From assembly GCF_011745625.1 (NCBI RefSeq), contig NW_027191472.1, forward strand, positions 372,001-432,964: DNA of 60,964 bases. Direction: 5' to 3'. The translations under genes and the position numbers were made by a program. The DNA comes from Cladosporium halotolerans. Taxonomy: Eukaryota. Below are positions 24,348 to 36,166 of the stretch, piece after piece. Under the pieces are notes generated by a model. That model made no database searches and was not told the origin of the DNA. It saw only the letters and a list, made by a program, of their open reading frames with translations. How positions within the stretch are numbered: the stretch's first letter is position 1; every line of letters starts with the position of its first letter.

Positions 24348-24854
24348 TCAGACATTTGGAGTGTGGTTGTGTGGATGATTTCGAGATGAAGACCAGTCAG
24401 AGGTCCGTGAGTCGTGGCCTAGTTGTCGCTCGGTCAAGCCAACATGTGAAGAAGTTGATGCTGGTGTGACGAAACTTGAGTGAAGAGACAAAAAGTGAGG
24501 AATACAGCTCAAAGAGCAGATGTTCACATTCACACTTTCAGCGGGGTGTCATTCGCGGTGTTGTAGGCAATGCGTTATCTCATGGTGAAAGTCGAGGTCA
24601 CGTTACTCAAGCATGCCGCTAGCCACCGCTTGGCACAAGACCCTCGCACTGCGCTTGTCTTTACCTCCTTCTCCATCCTCCTACATCAACGTCTCACCAA
24701 CATCAAGTACATCCAACCGTGCAACTTTCCAACTTGCGAGAAGGACAATCTACTCCATTACATATCTCAACCGCGTTTTCACGTGCTCCCGCTCGAACCC
24801 GCGCCTTAGCGCCGTCTCCCGTACTCCGCGCGCGCGCGCCCGCACACGTCCCTC

Positions 24855-26399
24855 ATGGCTTACAGCATGCAACCGGCTTTCACGCCGGTTCAAGCGCGCC
24901 AAACGCTACAGAAACCAAATCCATCACAAAATCAAGCACAACCTTCCGCGCAGAAAACCTCCTGGGGCCAGAACGTGAGAGACTGGGTGCAACGTGCTTT
25001 CGCAGAGGAGAACGCGATACACGGCATCCCTGAAACGGAGTGGCGCGAGTATCTCCTCACATTCCTGCCCAAATTGCAAGCGGCTGGTCAACTCGACACT
25101 ATAGATTGGAGCACCTACCCCACACCGCAGGAGTTGATCGTGGCAGAGCGCCAGCAAGCTGCGTACGCTCAAAGCGTACCAAACACTAACATGAACGGCT
25201 ACTCACCTTTCTCCTTGTCCATCGACGGCAGCAAAAAGCGCAAGAGCGGAGACTTGGAAGTTCCGGACCGTGAACCAGTGACACCCCCGTGGAAGAAGAA
25301 CAAGCGCGGTCTGGAAGATCGCATCACTAGCAAAAGCAAGACCCAAGAGAAGAAGCAAAAGAAGGCAAAGGCTTTCCAGGACGACCTGGCTCACCACCAG
25401 TCCAACGACGCGCTGGAGAGGCGGAGACAGCGGTTCGGCCATGTGTCTCCGGTATCCTCTCCGATGCGCTCACGTGACGACACCCCATCCACAGAAAACC
25501 CCACTGGCCCCGTCGTTGGCACCTGTCAGAGGCTTGAGAAGAACTACTTCCGCTTGACTTCTGCTCCGAAGCCAGAGGAAGTCCGACCAGTCCCTGTTCT
25601 GGAGGAAATGTTTACTCTGTTGCGCAAGAAGTGGAAAACCGAGCACAAGTACTCCTACGCTTGTGACCAGTTCAAATCGCTTCGCCAGGATCTGACCGTG
25701 CAACATGTCAAGACCGACTTCACTGTGCGCGTATACGAAGCCCATGCCCGGATTGCTCTGGAGATAGGAGACCTTGGTGAGTACAACCAGTGCCAGACGC
25801 AACTGCGGGCACTTTATAAGATGGGTCTGAACGGAAAGCGCGATGAGTTTACTGCTTACCGAATCCTGTATTTCATCTACACTTGCAACCGCACGGATAT
25901 GAATGATGTCCTTGCCGATCTAACCCCAGCAGAAAAACGAATGGAGAGTGTTGCGCATGCACTGCAGGTGCGTGCCGCACTGGCGAGCGGGAACTTTGTC
26001 AAGTTCTTCCGGCTGTTTCAAGCCACGCCTTATTTGGGCGCTTACCTCCTGGACATGATTGTCCCTCGCGAGCGCCTTGCTGCCTTATCCACGATTTGCC
26101 GATCGTAAGTCAAACATGCACAGACACTGAGACCGTTCAATTGCTGACATTTGATTAGGTATAAGCCAGACATCAGCCTCGACTTTGTTGTCAATTCGCT
26201 CGCCTTCCATGGCGAAGACGATGATTCTGACGCTGCATATCGGAACTGCATACAGTTCATCTGCGATCACGGCGGCGAGCACCTGATTGAGCGCAAAGAC
26301 GACGGTCGCGTCCGCCTCCTCACCGGGAAAGCGGGCAACACATTCGAAACCGCGAAGAAGGCTGCGTTCCGCACCGTCGACATCAAGGGTCAGAAGTGA
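24855..26399 (+). CDS. SAC3/GANP/THP3 family protein (Thp3/LENG8-like; intron 26105-26158)
   Basis: VVGTCQRLEKNYFRLTSAP, YACDQFKSLRQDLTVQH and VYEAHARIALEIGDLGEYNQCQTQL motifs. The C-terminus is VDIKGQ. Confidence 0.88.
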
Positions 26400-28529
26400 G
26401 CTTCATGCTGTCGCCAGCAACCTTGTCTACCAAGGATTTCACTTGCCCGAGGGTATCACTCGATCAGCAGCGCTTCGTTGAAGCAACCTCACTCACGTCG
26501 TTCTCGTGCTTCGACGAGCATTGCCAAGTTCTCACCCTTCGTGCTGCATTCACTCTATCACACCTGTTTTTCACCCCACCCACTCACCCACTTGCACCTC
26601 GAGCTACATAGCACGCCAGCCACGAGATCGTATTCGGCACAAGTTGATTCAGAATCGCACCAACCCGGCGATGCCCACCGAGGCGACCAGCATGGCATGG
26701 CGATCGAAGTCACGCCACACGACACCTGGACGAATCGAGAACCAAAGGTAATTACACGTCTTCTCTTCCTCCACGACGACACGACTTGCGAAGGGCGGAC
26801 ATTTGGGAGGAGTCACGGGCGTTTGCTATGGGTTTACAAGTTTTCGGTTTGCTATGGCAGAAAGTAGCTGAGGTCTTTGAAGGACCGGAGAAACGGGATA
26901 CCGGGTTTCAGCCAGATTCAGTTTCCTATGAAATGCGATTATTCCATTAAACTCGTGCTATACGTGTCTCTTCATATCGCCGCTCACCAAGCAACAAGTA
27001 GAGCACCAGCCACACCTCGGCCTGCAGTCGCGGTTGCGGTGAAGAGCAAGACATGCATAAGTCTATGTAAGTTTTGTCGCATACGCTTCTGCATGATATA
27101 CCTTAGGTGCTCCACCATGGCCACGCCGAGCGGCTGTGCCAGAGCCACTCGATCGGGTTCGCCAGTGGGGTTTTCTGCACTGCGCCTTGCAGCGCCGGCC
27201 AATGACGCGCGCCGGGGAGAGACATTTCTGCCATACAATTCTCCATGCACATGCGGGGCCTCTTGGTCGCGGCCGTCGCGCATTAGTGTCCAAGGCGTGC
27301 AGCTGCGACCCATCGAAAAGTGCCGTGAGGCGCGCGGTTTTGCTGTACCTGCTGAATGTAGGTAGGTCTGGAGGTGATTCTTTTTTTGTCGGTTCTTGAC
27401 GTGTTCGTATGCATGTCGTTGGTGTGCGTGATGAATAGGTATATAGAAGTCGATGAAGGGGAAGAACTGGCAGAGACCTTGCGTAAGCACTTCCCTTGAG
27501 CTGCCTTCCATACCATACTGCACTGCGCTTTCTCTGTCCGCGCTCTCACTCGTCTGTCATCATCAGTCGCCGCCGCCGCCGCCGCCGTGTCAGTGCTTTC
27601 CGGTGGGGACAACGACGTAACGGCCGGACGATAAACACATTCGCCCTAGGTATCCTCGGCCGCATCCACGTTCCGCACTCTCGCCCACGATCCCCGTGCG
27701 CGCTGAAGACTCGAGGCCCAAAGCACGACACGCACGCACGCACTCATCAATCGCAGCGCTCCCCACCAGGCCGGGCGATCGAGACCGGCGGCCAGTGCTT
27801 CGGGCGACAGGGCGTCGCAGGGCGTCGAAACGCGCCAGGCAAAGCAACGCGCGCGCACTGGGCAGGGCAGGCGGCGTGAGGCGCATCGCGCGACCGGGGA
27901 CCCGCGTGTGCCAGACGGCAGGCAGGGCCAGCTTTGCCTGGGAGTGCCTGGGTGCCTGGCACGGCTGGGTGTGTGGGGTGGGGTGAGTGAGTGAGTGAGG
28001 GCAGGTGGTTGACGAGAGGCCGACTGGACGAGAGGCCGACTGGCCGACTGGCCGACGGGCTGCTGGCTGGCGAGGCTGGCTGGTACGCACTGAGGTGCAT
28101 ACCTTACCACCCATCCATTCCCAGCGTCCACGCGCCCGCCGTTTCGCCTCGACATCCTCTTCTTGCGCCCAGACAACACGCGCCGTCCACGCTCTCCCTC
28201 GCAGACACCTCCACGCCGCGCCGCCGTGTCGCCACGCTCTTTTCGCCCGCCCGCTCCTTGACGTGTTTCCACCACGCCGCCGCCTGCGCCTGCGCCTGCG
28301 CCCGCGCCCGCCGCTCGCCACGAGACGACGCCGACTCACGTGCGCCGCACCCTCGTATTGTCCACGCACGCTCGCAGTACACACTGCCTGCTTGCTGTAC
28401 CTGCTTGGGTAGGCCGCCACTCCGCCAGGCACTCCCTCGCTCACTCCCTTCCCGCTCGGTGCTGCCCCGCGACACCGCGCGCGCGCATTCCCCGACGACG
28501 TTGAGAAGCGCCTGCTTGCCAGCGTGGTC

Positions 28530-28581
28530 TGCTGCCCGCCTGCCTGCCCGCCTGCCTGCCCGCCTGCCTGCCCGCCTGCCC
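28530..28581. repeat. Minisatellite (GCCCGCCTGCCT)n upstream of BEM1
   Basis: About four 12-bp units are read directly. Confidence 0.8.
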
Positions 28582-28723
28582 GTCCTTGAGCAGCAACACG
28601 CCCGCCTTAACCTTTTATTAATTACGCAGCGCCCGACCTCGCAGCTGTGCGGCTCCACGCATAGCTGGCTTTGCTTAATTATTGCTTGTCTCGTCCCGCC
28701 GCACGGCTCGCGCGCCAGCAGCA

Positions 28724-30803
28724 ATGGTGAAGGTGCGTCGCGGATATGGTGCGACCGACCGGGGTCCGTGAACGCTTGCGCTGACGGTGGAGCAGTTTCG
28801 ACGATCCCTCAAGAGCGACGGTGGGAAACACGATTCCGCCAAACCCGTGCAGATCTCCATCCCGCAGAAGGACGCAATTGCCATTGAGCCTCCCAAGAAG
28901 GTTTGTCCTCGCACCGCTCACTTCTCACCTCAATTAAACACCCGCCGCCCACCACCGCCCACGCCCCTCCGTGCCCCGCTGACCCGACCGGGACCCGCAG
29001 GTCATTAAAGCCCTCTACGACTATAACGCGCCCGCCGGCGAACCCTCGCACTACCTCTCCTTCTCCGCCGGCGACTTCCTGCACGTCGTGAGCCGCGAAA
29101 ACGACAGCGACTGGTACGAAGCCTGCAACCCGCTGCAGAACACCCGCGGCCTGGTCCCCGTCAGCTACTTCGACAACGTCGGCAAGACCGTGCGAGACAG
29201 CGCCGAGTCCACCAAATCCGCCAGCGCGACCCACGACAGCGGCTACGCCGAGGGAGCACACACGCCTGCTAGGAGCATTGGCGCTGGAAGAACGAGTGGC
29301 CCGAACGGACACCCTGGCATACCGCCAATGCCTGGACACAGGTCTAGCAAGTCCATTGGCAAGTCGGGCGGCGTCTACGGCATTGTCTCCTATGACTTTG
29401 TCGCGGAGCGCCCGGATGAGCTGGATGCGAAGGAGGGCGAGGCCATCATCGTCATTGCGCAGTCGAACCCGGAATGGTTCGTCGCGAAACCGATCACCCG
29501 GCTGGGAGGGCCAGGCTTGATTCCTGTGTCCTTCATTGAAATCCGAGACATGACGACCGGCAAGGCCGTGGAGGATCCTTTGGAAGCCGTGCAGAAGGCA
29601 GGCATACCGCGAGTGGAGGAGTGGAAGAAGATGGCCGCCGAGTACAAGAACACTAGCATTCCCCTCGGCAGCGTCTCCAGCAGCCAGCAGCAAGCGCAGG
29701 GTCTGGCACAAGGAATAGACCGCATGAGCTTGCAAAGTGGCCACCCACAAGCATCTGAAGGATATGGACATCAACGTACACCGAGCAACTACGGCTACCA
29801 GCAACAGCAAGCGCAGGGCCTTTACGCTCCTGTGCGAGCAGCCGTGCCGAAATACATTTACGTGGACGACAAGTTTCACTTTGTCGTGGAGTGCAAGCTG
29901 ACTAACAACGCTCATTGGGACCTGTCGAGAATATATGAAGATTTCTATGAGCTCCAGATTAACCTCATCAATGCCTTCCCCGAAGAAGCCGGCCAGGTGC
30001 CCGGCAAAGCGCGAACGCTGCCATACATGCCTGGACCCGTCAAGTTCGTCACCGACAACATCAGCGAAGGCCGAAGAGAAAACCTGGACCAATACTTGCG
30101 CGAGCTTCTCGGCATGGCCCAACACATCACCTGCTCCTCACTCGTCCGAAATTTCTTCGCACCCCGCGAAGGCGACTACGAAGTCGACCCCAGCGTCGCA
30201 GACCTCAACGAACACGCCCGATCAGCCGAGCCCCAGCAGCGCTACTCGCAAGCATCCCAGAACTCCTACGGCCAGGGCGCCTACTCCATGCACAGCCACT
30301 CCCAGTCCCGCCAGGGCTCCAACGCCGGCATGCACCAGCACTCCCAGAGCCAAGCCTCCAATAGCCCGTACACCCACCAGCGCGGCCAACCCTCCCTCTC
30401 CGCCGCCCCGCCCCAGCAACAACAAGGCGGCCATTACCGCTCCCCCTCCGAATTCACCCAGAACCCCGCCGCCGCCGCTCAGCAGGCGCCCACCGCCGCC
30501 CCCAGCTCCGGCCCCGTCAAGGTCAAGGCCTGGTTCGACCGCGAGACCTGCGTCGTCATCCGCATGCCGCCCCGCCGCCAGTTCAAATTCGACGACCTCT
30601 ACCAGAAGATCGTCGACCGGCGGAAACTGGAGTTCCGCGGTGCGGAGGGCGAGGGTTCCGGCGAAGAGGACCCTCAGCTAGACATCGAGTACCGCGACGA
30701 GGAGGCTGGGGAGTACTATCGTCTCGAGGGTGATGAGGATTTGGATATCGCTGTGGAGCGGAATGAGAAGTTGACGCTTGCTGTGAGGGTTGCGGGGTCT
30801 TGA
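28724..30803 (+). CDS. BEM1: Polarity scaffold Bem1/Scd2 (SH3-SH3-PX-PB1; introns 28733-28795, 28901-29000)
   Basis: Spliced product MVK-FRRSLKS...PPKK-VIKALYDY (SH3), then YDFVAERPDEL...AKPITRLGGPGLIPVSFIE, a PX domain (RIYEDFYELQ..LPYMPGP) and a PB1 domain (VKVK..IEYRDE). Confidence 0.93.
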
Positions 30804-30843
30804 TGATTGAATGCTGATGATGAGATGGGATGAGGTTGGGAAG

Positions 30844-30890
30844 GAATGGGATGGAATGGGATGGGATGGGATGGGATGGGATGGGATGAA
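30844..30890. repeat. Pentanucleotide microsatellite (GGATG/GGAAT)n in the BEM1 3' region
   Basis: Read directly. A (CAGAC)n run also occurs at ~31211-31245. Confidence 0.85.
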
Positions 30891-31662
30891 TGGCGTGCGC
30901 TTCCCGCCCTCTCCCTCAGCGAAGGGTGGACGTCTTACTCCGGTCTTCCACTTTTTCTTCTTTTTCTTTTTGATGCGATGCATGATGATGATATTCTGCT
31001 TGTTTTGATTTTGGACACGAAGATTATGGAAAAATGGGAATGCTTTTCTGATTTCTTTTGCTTGCTTGCTTTCTTGCTCCCTTGCTTTCTTTGCTCGTCT
31101 CTGTCCGAGTTCCAACTTTTCTTCTCCCCTCCGTTCTGTCGACCGGCTGCTGTCTGTCGCCTTCTCTTCCGCACTGGCTGGCTGGCTTTCCTTGCTCCTT
31201 TCAAGCCGAGCAGACCGAGCAGACCAGACCAGACCAGACCAGACCGGGATATTCTGGGTACCTATTTTTTACATTTTGGTTTCATTCTTCCTCTAGGTGG
31301 CTATGGACAAAATCGAAGGGCGTGCATGTAGGGCTATCTTTTTCTTTTCCTTTCTCTTCGATCCGATTCGATTAGGTATTGGTGTCTGCAGACAATTTGG
31401 GAATAAGATTGCCGGCTTTTCTTTTCGGTTTCTTTTTTTTTCAGATTGGAAGCTTCCCGGGTGTCGTCTTTCGTAGTGGGATTGCGGTTGAGTGTCGGTG
31501 ACGAGATGTTGGTCTTTGGGATACTACCTTCGTAGTGATGGCGAGTCTGCTGTGGGCGGAGAGAGAAGTAGTGCTGTGCAGGGCGGGCTGCGTCCAGGTG
31601 CTGTGCTGACCTGCCGTGTAGGGCGCGCTACAGTAGGGGAGAGGCGGGCGGGTGTTGTTCGT

Positions 31663-32008
31663 TTAATCGTAGAAGATGACTTCTTCTCCACTGCATGCGC
31701 GACGAAGCCATCCATCATCTCAAGACTCGTCCGCCAGACTCGAAATGGCCCCCTCACCAACACCTCGCTCTCCTCCCCACCGACACTCCCCACGCCAGCA
31801 GCTTGCCGCGCACTGTCGTCTGCACGGGCGGGTCGTAGGTCGTTTCCAGGATGAAGATCCCGTCGACCTTTTTGACTGTGACGTTCGGGTCGTTGGGGTC
31901 GAGGCGGAAGCGCCATTCGCGGAAGGGGGCCCAGGGGTCGATTTCTTCGAGGGTGTAGGGACAGGGGTTTGAGGGGGGTGGGTGGGGTGGTTTTGATGGG
32001 GGAGACAT
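31663..32008 (-). CDS. Possible small hypothetical protein (putative intron ~31691-31757)
   Basis: ORF MSPPSKPPHPPPSNPCPYTLEEIDPWAPFREWRFRLDPND... A GTGAGG...CAG splice would give the C-terminus RARCCGEEVIFYD*, but the branch point is weak. Confidence 0.35.
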
Positions 32009-32877
32009 TTCTGTTGGATGAGATGGTATTGTAGGAGGTCCGTTAGGATGAGGTGGAGGTTGTGGCTTTGTGGTAGCAGGTGTTCTTTTGGGGTCGGATC
32101 GAAGGCTGCATGGGATGAAGGCTGGGTGACTTTGGAAGGTGTTCTTCTTGAGGTCGGGTCGAAGGCTGCATGAGAGGAAGGCTGTGGCTTCCTAAGGTGA
32201 TCTTATAGGGTCTGATGGATAACCCAGCGACTCTTATTCGCTACATGCCAGCAGGCGGACTACCTCGAGGTGAAGGGTGAGGGTCGCCATATCACGCGGC
32301 GTAGATAAGTATGGTCAGAAACCAGCAACCAACCAGTACGAAGCCATCTACGCTCTCTATCGCAATAGCCAATCGAGTCTGTCGTATAGTGAAGTTTTTC
32401 CGCATTCAGACAACGAATCCAGGTACATGGGACATGATAAGAATTATGCGCTGCACAATGGCACATCATCTCACGTGCATTATCGCTAGAAGACCCGCAT
32501 CTTCAGAGCGCATCGGTCGGACGAAAGCGATAGCGTTTTGACAAGCCGCTAGGGCCCAGACTGCCATGGCCAATCCTCGCGAGGTGTTCGTGATGTGAAG
32601 TGTCGAGAGTTTGCGGCATCTCCGTCCAGGGCCGAACCCTGTTTTGCTCGATGGTCGCAGCGTCTGAGCCGGGCCACTTTGGACGTCATCCCACTCCATA
32701 TGGCCGGGTACGGGCGACAGCCAATCACAGCTGGCCTCGTGCCCCCAGTGAATGGCATTCGGGCGTTTGTTTAGGCAGCCGTGACTTCACCGCCAGCCGC
32801 CATCAATAAATCGTCGCCATGGACAACATCACGCCTACACCCCGTCTTCCGTGTCTGACAAGCCCAATGCAACCGTC

Positions 32878-34446
32878 ATGATCAACGACTCACCGGGCAG
32901 CCTCGTCTTCATCCGCATTTGCATCGTCGCCCTGCAATGCATTGGCCCGTGCTCCCTCGCGTGGACAGTATGGCTGGCATTCAATGTCATCACAAACAAG
33001 AAAGCCATTGGAAGCCTCCATTTGCCGGGACTACAAGCCTACGTTGTTGCGGAAGCAGTCTTCTATCTGTTCTTCCTATGGTTTCGCAGCCACCTCCAGC
33101 GTGAGGCGGTCCATCCGCCACTCAGTACGCGCGAAGAACGTCAGGCATTGGCTCAGAAAGTGCGTGGCGAGATACATGATCCGGATCGCTTCCTCTCCGG
33201 CTGGTTCCGGGGAGCCGATCCTGAAGACATTGGACGGGATGATCTGAGAAGTTTCTTGAACTGGTGCTTTTGGGAAGGGAGAGCTACCAAAGCAGATGCA
33301 GAGGAAATGGAGTCCTACGTCAATCTGGTTGAGGATATCACTGGTCGTCAGTTTCAGGAGAGCAAAGGCGGCGCTCACGCGCTGCGTCTGACACTTGATC
33401 CGATCGAGATGGATGCGAGGAGCTTGCTCTGGTACGGGATTGTCATGCTGATGGACCATGTTACTTCGGTACGATTTTGGTACTCGGGCTTCTCTTATCG
33501 CAGGACAGGTTTCATAGGTCCCTGGACCTTCCCACCTCGTCCCGGTACCCTGCTTGCCGGTGGTCGATCCCCAGCCAAGTCTCTCAGTTATTGGGTCCGT
33601 CCTCATACTTCGAAGACCAGGTTGCCAGTGCTCTTCATTCATGGCATTGGTATCGGGTTACATCCCTACGTTGAGTTGCTGTCGGGTATCAATGCGAACA
33701 ACCCAGCGGACGAATCGGTCGGTGTCCTGGCGCTCGAAATCCTACCCATCAGCTCCCGGATCACACACCCTATCCTCAGACGAGAGGCCTTCATTCAACA
33801 GATCACTCAGATCCTCGACTTGCATGGCTACGACAAATTCGTGCTAGCCTCACACTCGTACGGCTCGGTCTTTAGCACCTACATGCTGACCGACGACGAC
33901 CTGACATCCAGGATCAGCGCGACAATCCTGATCGATCCCGTCACAATTCTACTGCACATGCCTGATGTCGCCTTCAACTTCACTGTGCGAAAGCCAAGGA
34001 CGGCAAACGAATGGCAACTATGGTATTTTGCGTCGAAAGACCCCGGCGTCGCGCACACGCTTGGTCGGCACTTCTTCTGGTTCGAGAATTGCCTCTGGCG
34101 ACAGAGGATCAATCAGCTGGTCCAAGGTGGCATGCGCATCACGGTCTCCCTGGCCAGCAGGGATCTTATTGTTGACACCAAGGCCGTCGCACGATATCTG
34201 TTCAACGAGGAGGTCCCGGATCCAGATTTGATCGACTTACATGGACACCAGCACATGGAGCTCGAAACGCAACACCAGGAAGATGGGCTGGAGCCTTGGG
34301 AAAACAGGACGTGGCGAGGAAAGGGACTGGACTTGTTGTGGAACGTCGATCTGGATCACGCACAAGTCTTCGACGATGCTCCTGCGAGGGCGAAGCTTGT
34401 TCGAATCATCAATGAGTATTCTCAGCCTTGTGAAGACGGTGCTTGA
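32878..34446 (+). CDS. Alpha/beta hydrolase fold protein with N-terminal TM segments
   Basis: PVLFIHGIGIG oxyanion motif, SHSYG nucleophile elbow, LIDPV, and DLDHA catalytic His. Confidence 0.85.
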   Translation: MINDSPGSLVFIRICIVALQCIGPCSLAWTVWLAFNVITNKKAIGSLHLPGLQAYVVAEAVFYLFFLWFRSHLQREAVHPPLSTREERQALAQKVRGEIHDPDRFLSGWFRGADPEDIGRDDLRSFLNWCFWEGRATKADAEEMESYVNLVEDITGRQFQESKGGAHALRLTLDPIEMDARSLLWYGIVMLMDHVTSVRFWYSGFSYRRTGFIGPWTFPPRPGTLLAGGRSPAKSLSYWVRPHTSKTRLPVLFIHGIGIGLHPYVELLSGINANNPADESVGVLALEILPISSRITHPILRREAFIQQITQILDLHGYDKFVLASHSYGSVFSTYMLTDDDLTSRISATILIDPVTILLHMPDVAFNFTVRKPRTANEWQLWYFASKDPGVAHTLGRHFFWFENCLWRQRINQLVQGGMRITVSLASRDLIVDTKAVARYLFNEEVPDPDLIDLHGHQHMELETQHQEDGLEPWENRTWRGKGLDLLWNVDLDHAQVFDDAPARAKLVRIINEYSQPCEDGA

Positions 34447-34591
34447 AATGGATCGACTACATACTACAAAGTGACATATAACTAATTAAAAGCGCCTTGG
34501 CGTTTCTCTTCCCAGGCCGTAGACACGTGCAGGGTCATGATGAGGAGACGATTGGCCTCGTAAAACCAACTCTGACAGCTCACTCGACCGA

Positions 34592-35404
34592 CTAGTCGTC
34601 AAGCACATACGTGCCGCCGTACTTGTTTCCGTTGTGCGCACGCGCATTGCCCAGAGTCTTGATATCCTCGTACGTGTTGGAAGATGACATGATCTGGCCC
34701 TTGTAGTCCTTGTCGACGTGATCTCCTTGGAGCGACTTGGCAGTGTCAGCTGTTGTGATGCCAGCGTATCTATGCCCAGTCGTCTTGGTCAAAACAGCTT
34801 CATAGAAGACCGGATCAACCTTCCTTGCCACGTCTTGGAGAACCTGGACGTTGGGATCTGACTTCTCCGCGTCGGTCTTCATCAACTCGCCAGCGTCCCT
34901 CTGCGCTTGCTTCTGGAGCTCCGGCTTCAGGCTCGCTGCGATGCGTTCCAGCTCCTCAATCTCGAACTGCACGCCTTCGGTAATCTTCACGACCCTGTCC
35001 TTCTCATGCAGCGCCCAAACGACCTTCCTGCCAAATGACACCTTCACCTTCCGCAAACTCAACGTCTGCACTTTGTCCGTCAGATTTGCAACGCCATCGT
35101 CGCCAGACGACTGCCCCTGATACTTCTCAGCAGTCTCGCACATCCTCTCCAGCTTCACATTGATGCTCTCCAAGGCTGTCTTGGCCAACTTGCCGTCCTT
35201 GGCTTCGCCTTTGGTCGCGCTGTCTTTGTACACTTCTTCCCAGCGCCGGAGCCGCGCCCCGAGCAGCGCGATGTGCAGTGCCGCTTCTTGGTAGTCTTTG
35301 CTGCAGTTCTTGCCGGCGTCGAGGCGGGCGAAGGTGTTCATGCAGATGTCGAAGATCCCCGCGAGCCCGATGCCGCCGATTACGAGGCCTGCTGCTTCGG
35401 CCAT
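34592..35404 (-). CDS. HET-S-like protein: HeLo membrane-targeting domain plus C-terminal HET-s-related amyloid (prion-forming) domain
   Basis: The N-terminus MAEAAGLVIGGIGLAGIFDICMNTFARLDAGKNCSKDY...ARLRRW is colinear with HET-S as recalled. It contains the HeLo KVVWALHEK motif, two C-terminal 21-aa pseudo-repeats and a GNKYGG tail. Confidence 0.88.
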   Translation of the reverse strand: MAEAAGLVIGGIGLAGIFDICMNTFARLDAGKNCSKDYQEAALHIALLGARLRRWEEVYKDSATKGEAKDGKLAKTALESINVKLERMCETAEKYQGQSSGDDGVANLTDKVQTLSLRKVKVSFGRKVVWALHEKDRVVKITEGVQFEIEELERIAASLKPELQKQAQRDAGELMKTDAEKSDPNVQVLQDVARKVDPVFYEAVLTKTTGHRYAGITTADTAKSLQGDHVDKDYKGQIMSSSNTYEDIKTLGNARAHNGNKYGGTYVLDD

Positions 35405-36166
35405 GGTGTTTGATGAATGGGTACTAACTTTGGCTGAGGTAGGAGTATGTCGAGGGAGTATAGATAGTGTCAGGGACTGTTGATAGCAGAGGTGGGACCG
35501 GGCGAGATCAGCCAAACAGCACCAGACCAGGTACTATATATGTCACATCAAGCGGCTCAGCCTCTTTCAAGGTTGCCTTGTCTTGCGGTAACTGCATCGT
35601 TCCCCTCAGCCTCGTCGACGCAGCACGGCGCTTGCGGCGAGGCTGAAGGATGCGCTGGCAGTCTAGGCGCGCCACAGCGCCTTAGGCCCCGTGAGAGGAG
35701 GCACAGCTTGAATGCAGCACCTGGGGAGGAAAGCTAGGCTTGTTCCGACGGCATTAATGAGACGGTGGGGTGAGATAGCTGTGTAGGTATCCTGCATGTA
35801 CGCGGCGTACAGCAGCAGCAGTCGACTTCAGACTGGGAAGAGAGGCAAACACAGGGTGGTGCCATGGGCAGACAGCTGAAACAGCATTCGAGAGGCGTCG
35901 TTTTCCATTAGTTTTTGCAAATGTCAATGATAGGCTGGCGTGAACTTTATCCGATGAGCGCAGCAAGCACACGGCAACGATACCTAGAAATACGGAATGG
36001 AAAGGATGGGTTTCTTCCAGCATGTAAATTCGTTGTTTGCTGACATCACCGCGGAAGGCCAGACAAAGCTTTCCGTCATCGGACTGCACCTTTGCCAACA
36101 ACACAACACGAGATATTGTGGTACAAATTACGGTGGGACCTCCCTTTGCAAATCAAGAGTGGAAGA

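Noticed and set aside
27590..28887. Several 200-300 aa Arg/Ala/Pro-rich ORFs upstream of BEM1
   Set aside because: They arise from GC-rich simple repeats that lack stop codons, are open on both strands, and have no domain-like content.
28809..30125. 438-aa antisense ORF over BEM1
   Set aside because: Codon-bias shadow of the real + strand gene.
32277..32489. Short ORF with TNQYEAIYA...ALHNG, superficially like the HET-S-like R2 repeat (candidate R0 trigger peptide)
   Set aside because: GTG start, spacing does not match the 21-aa repeat, and no NLR sequence follows. Likely chance.
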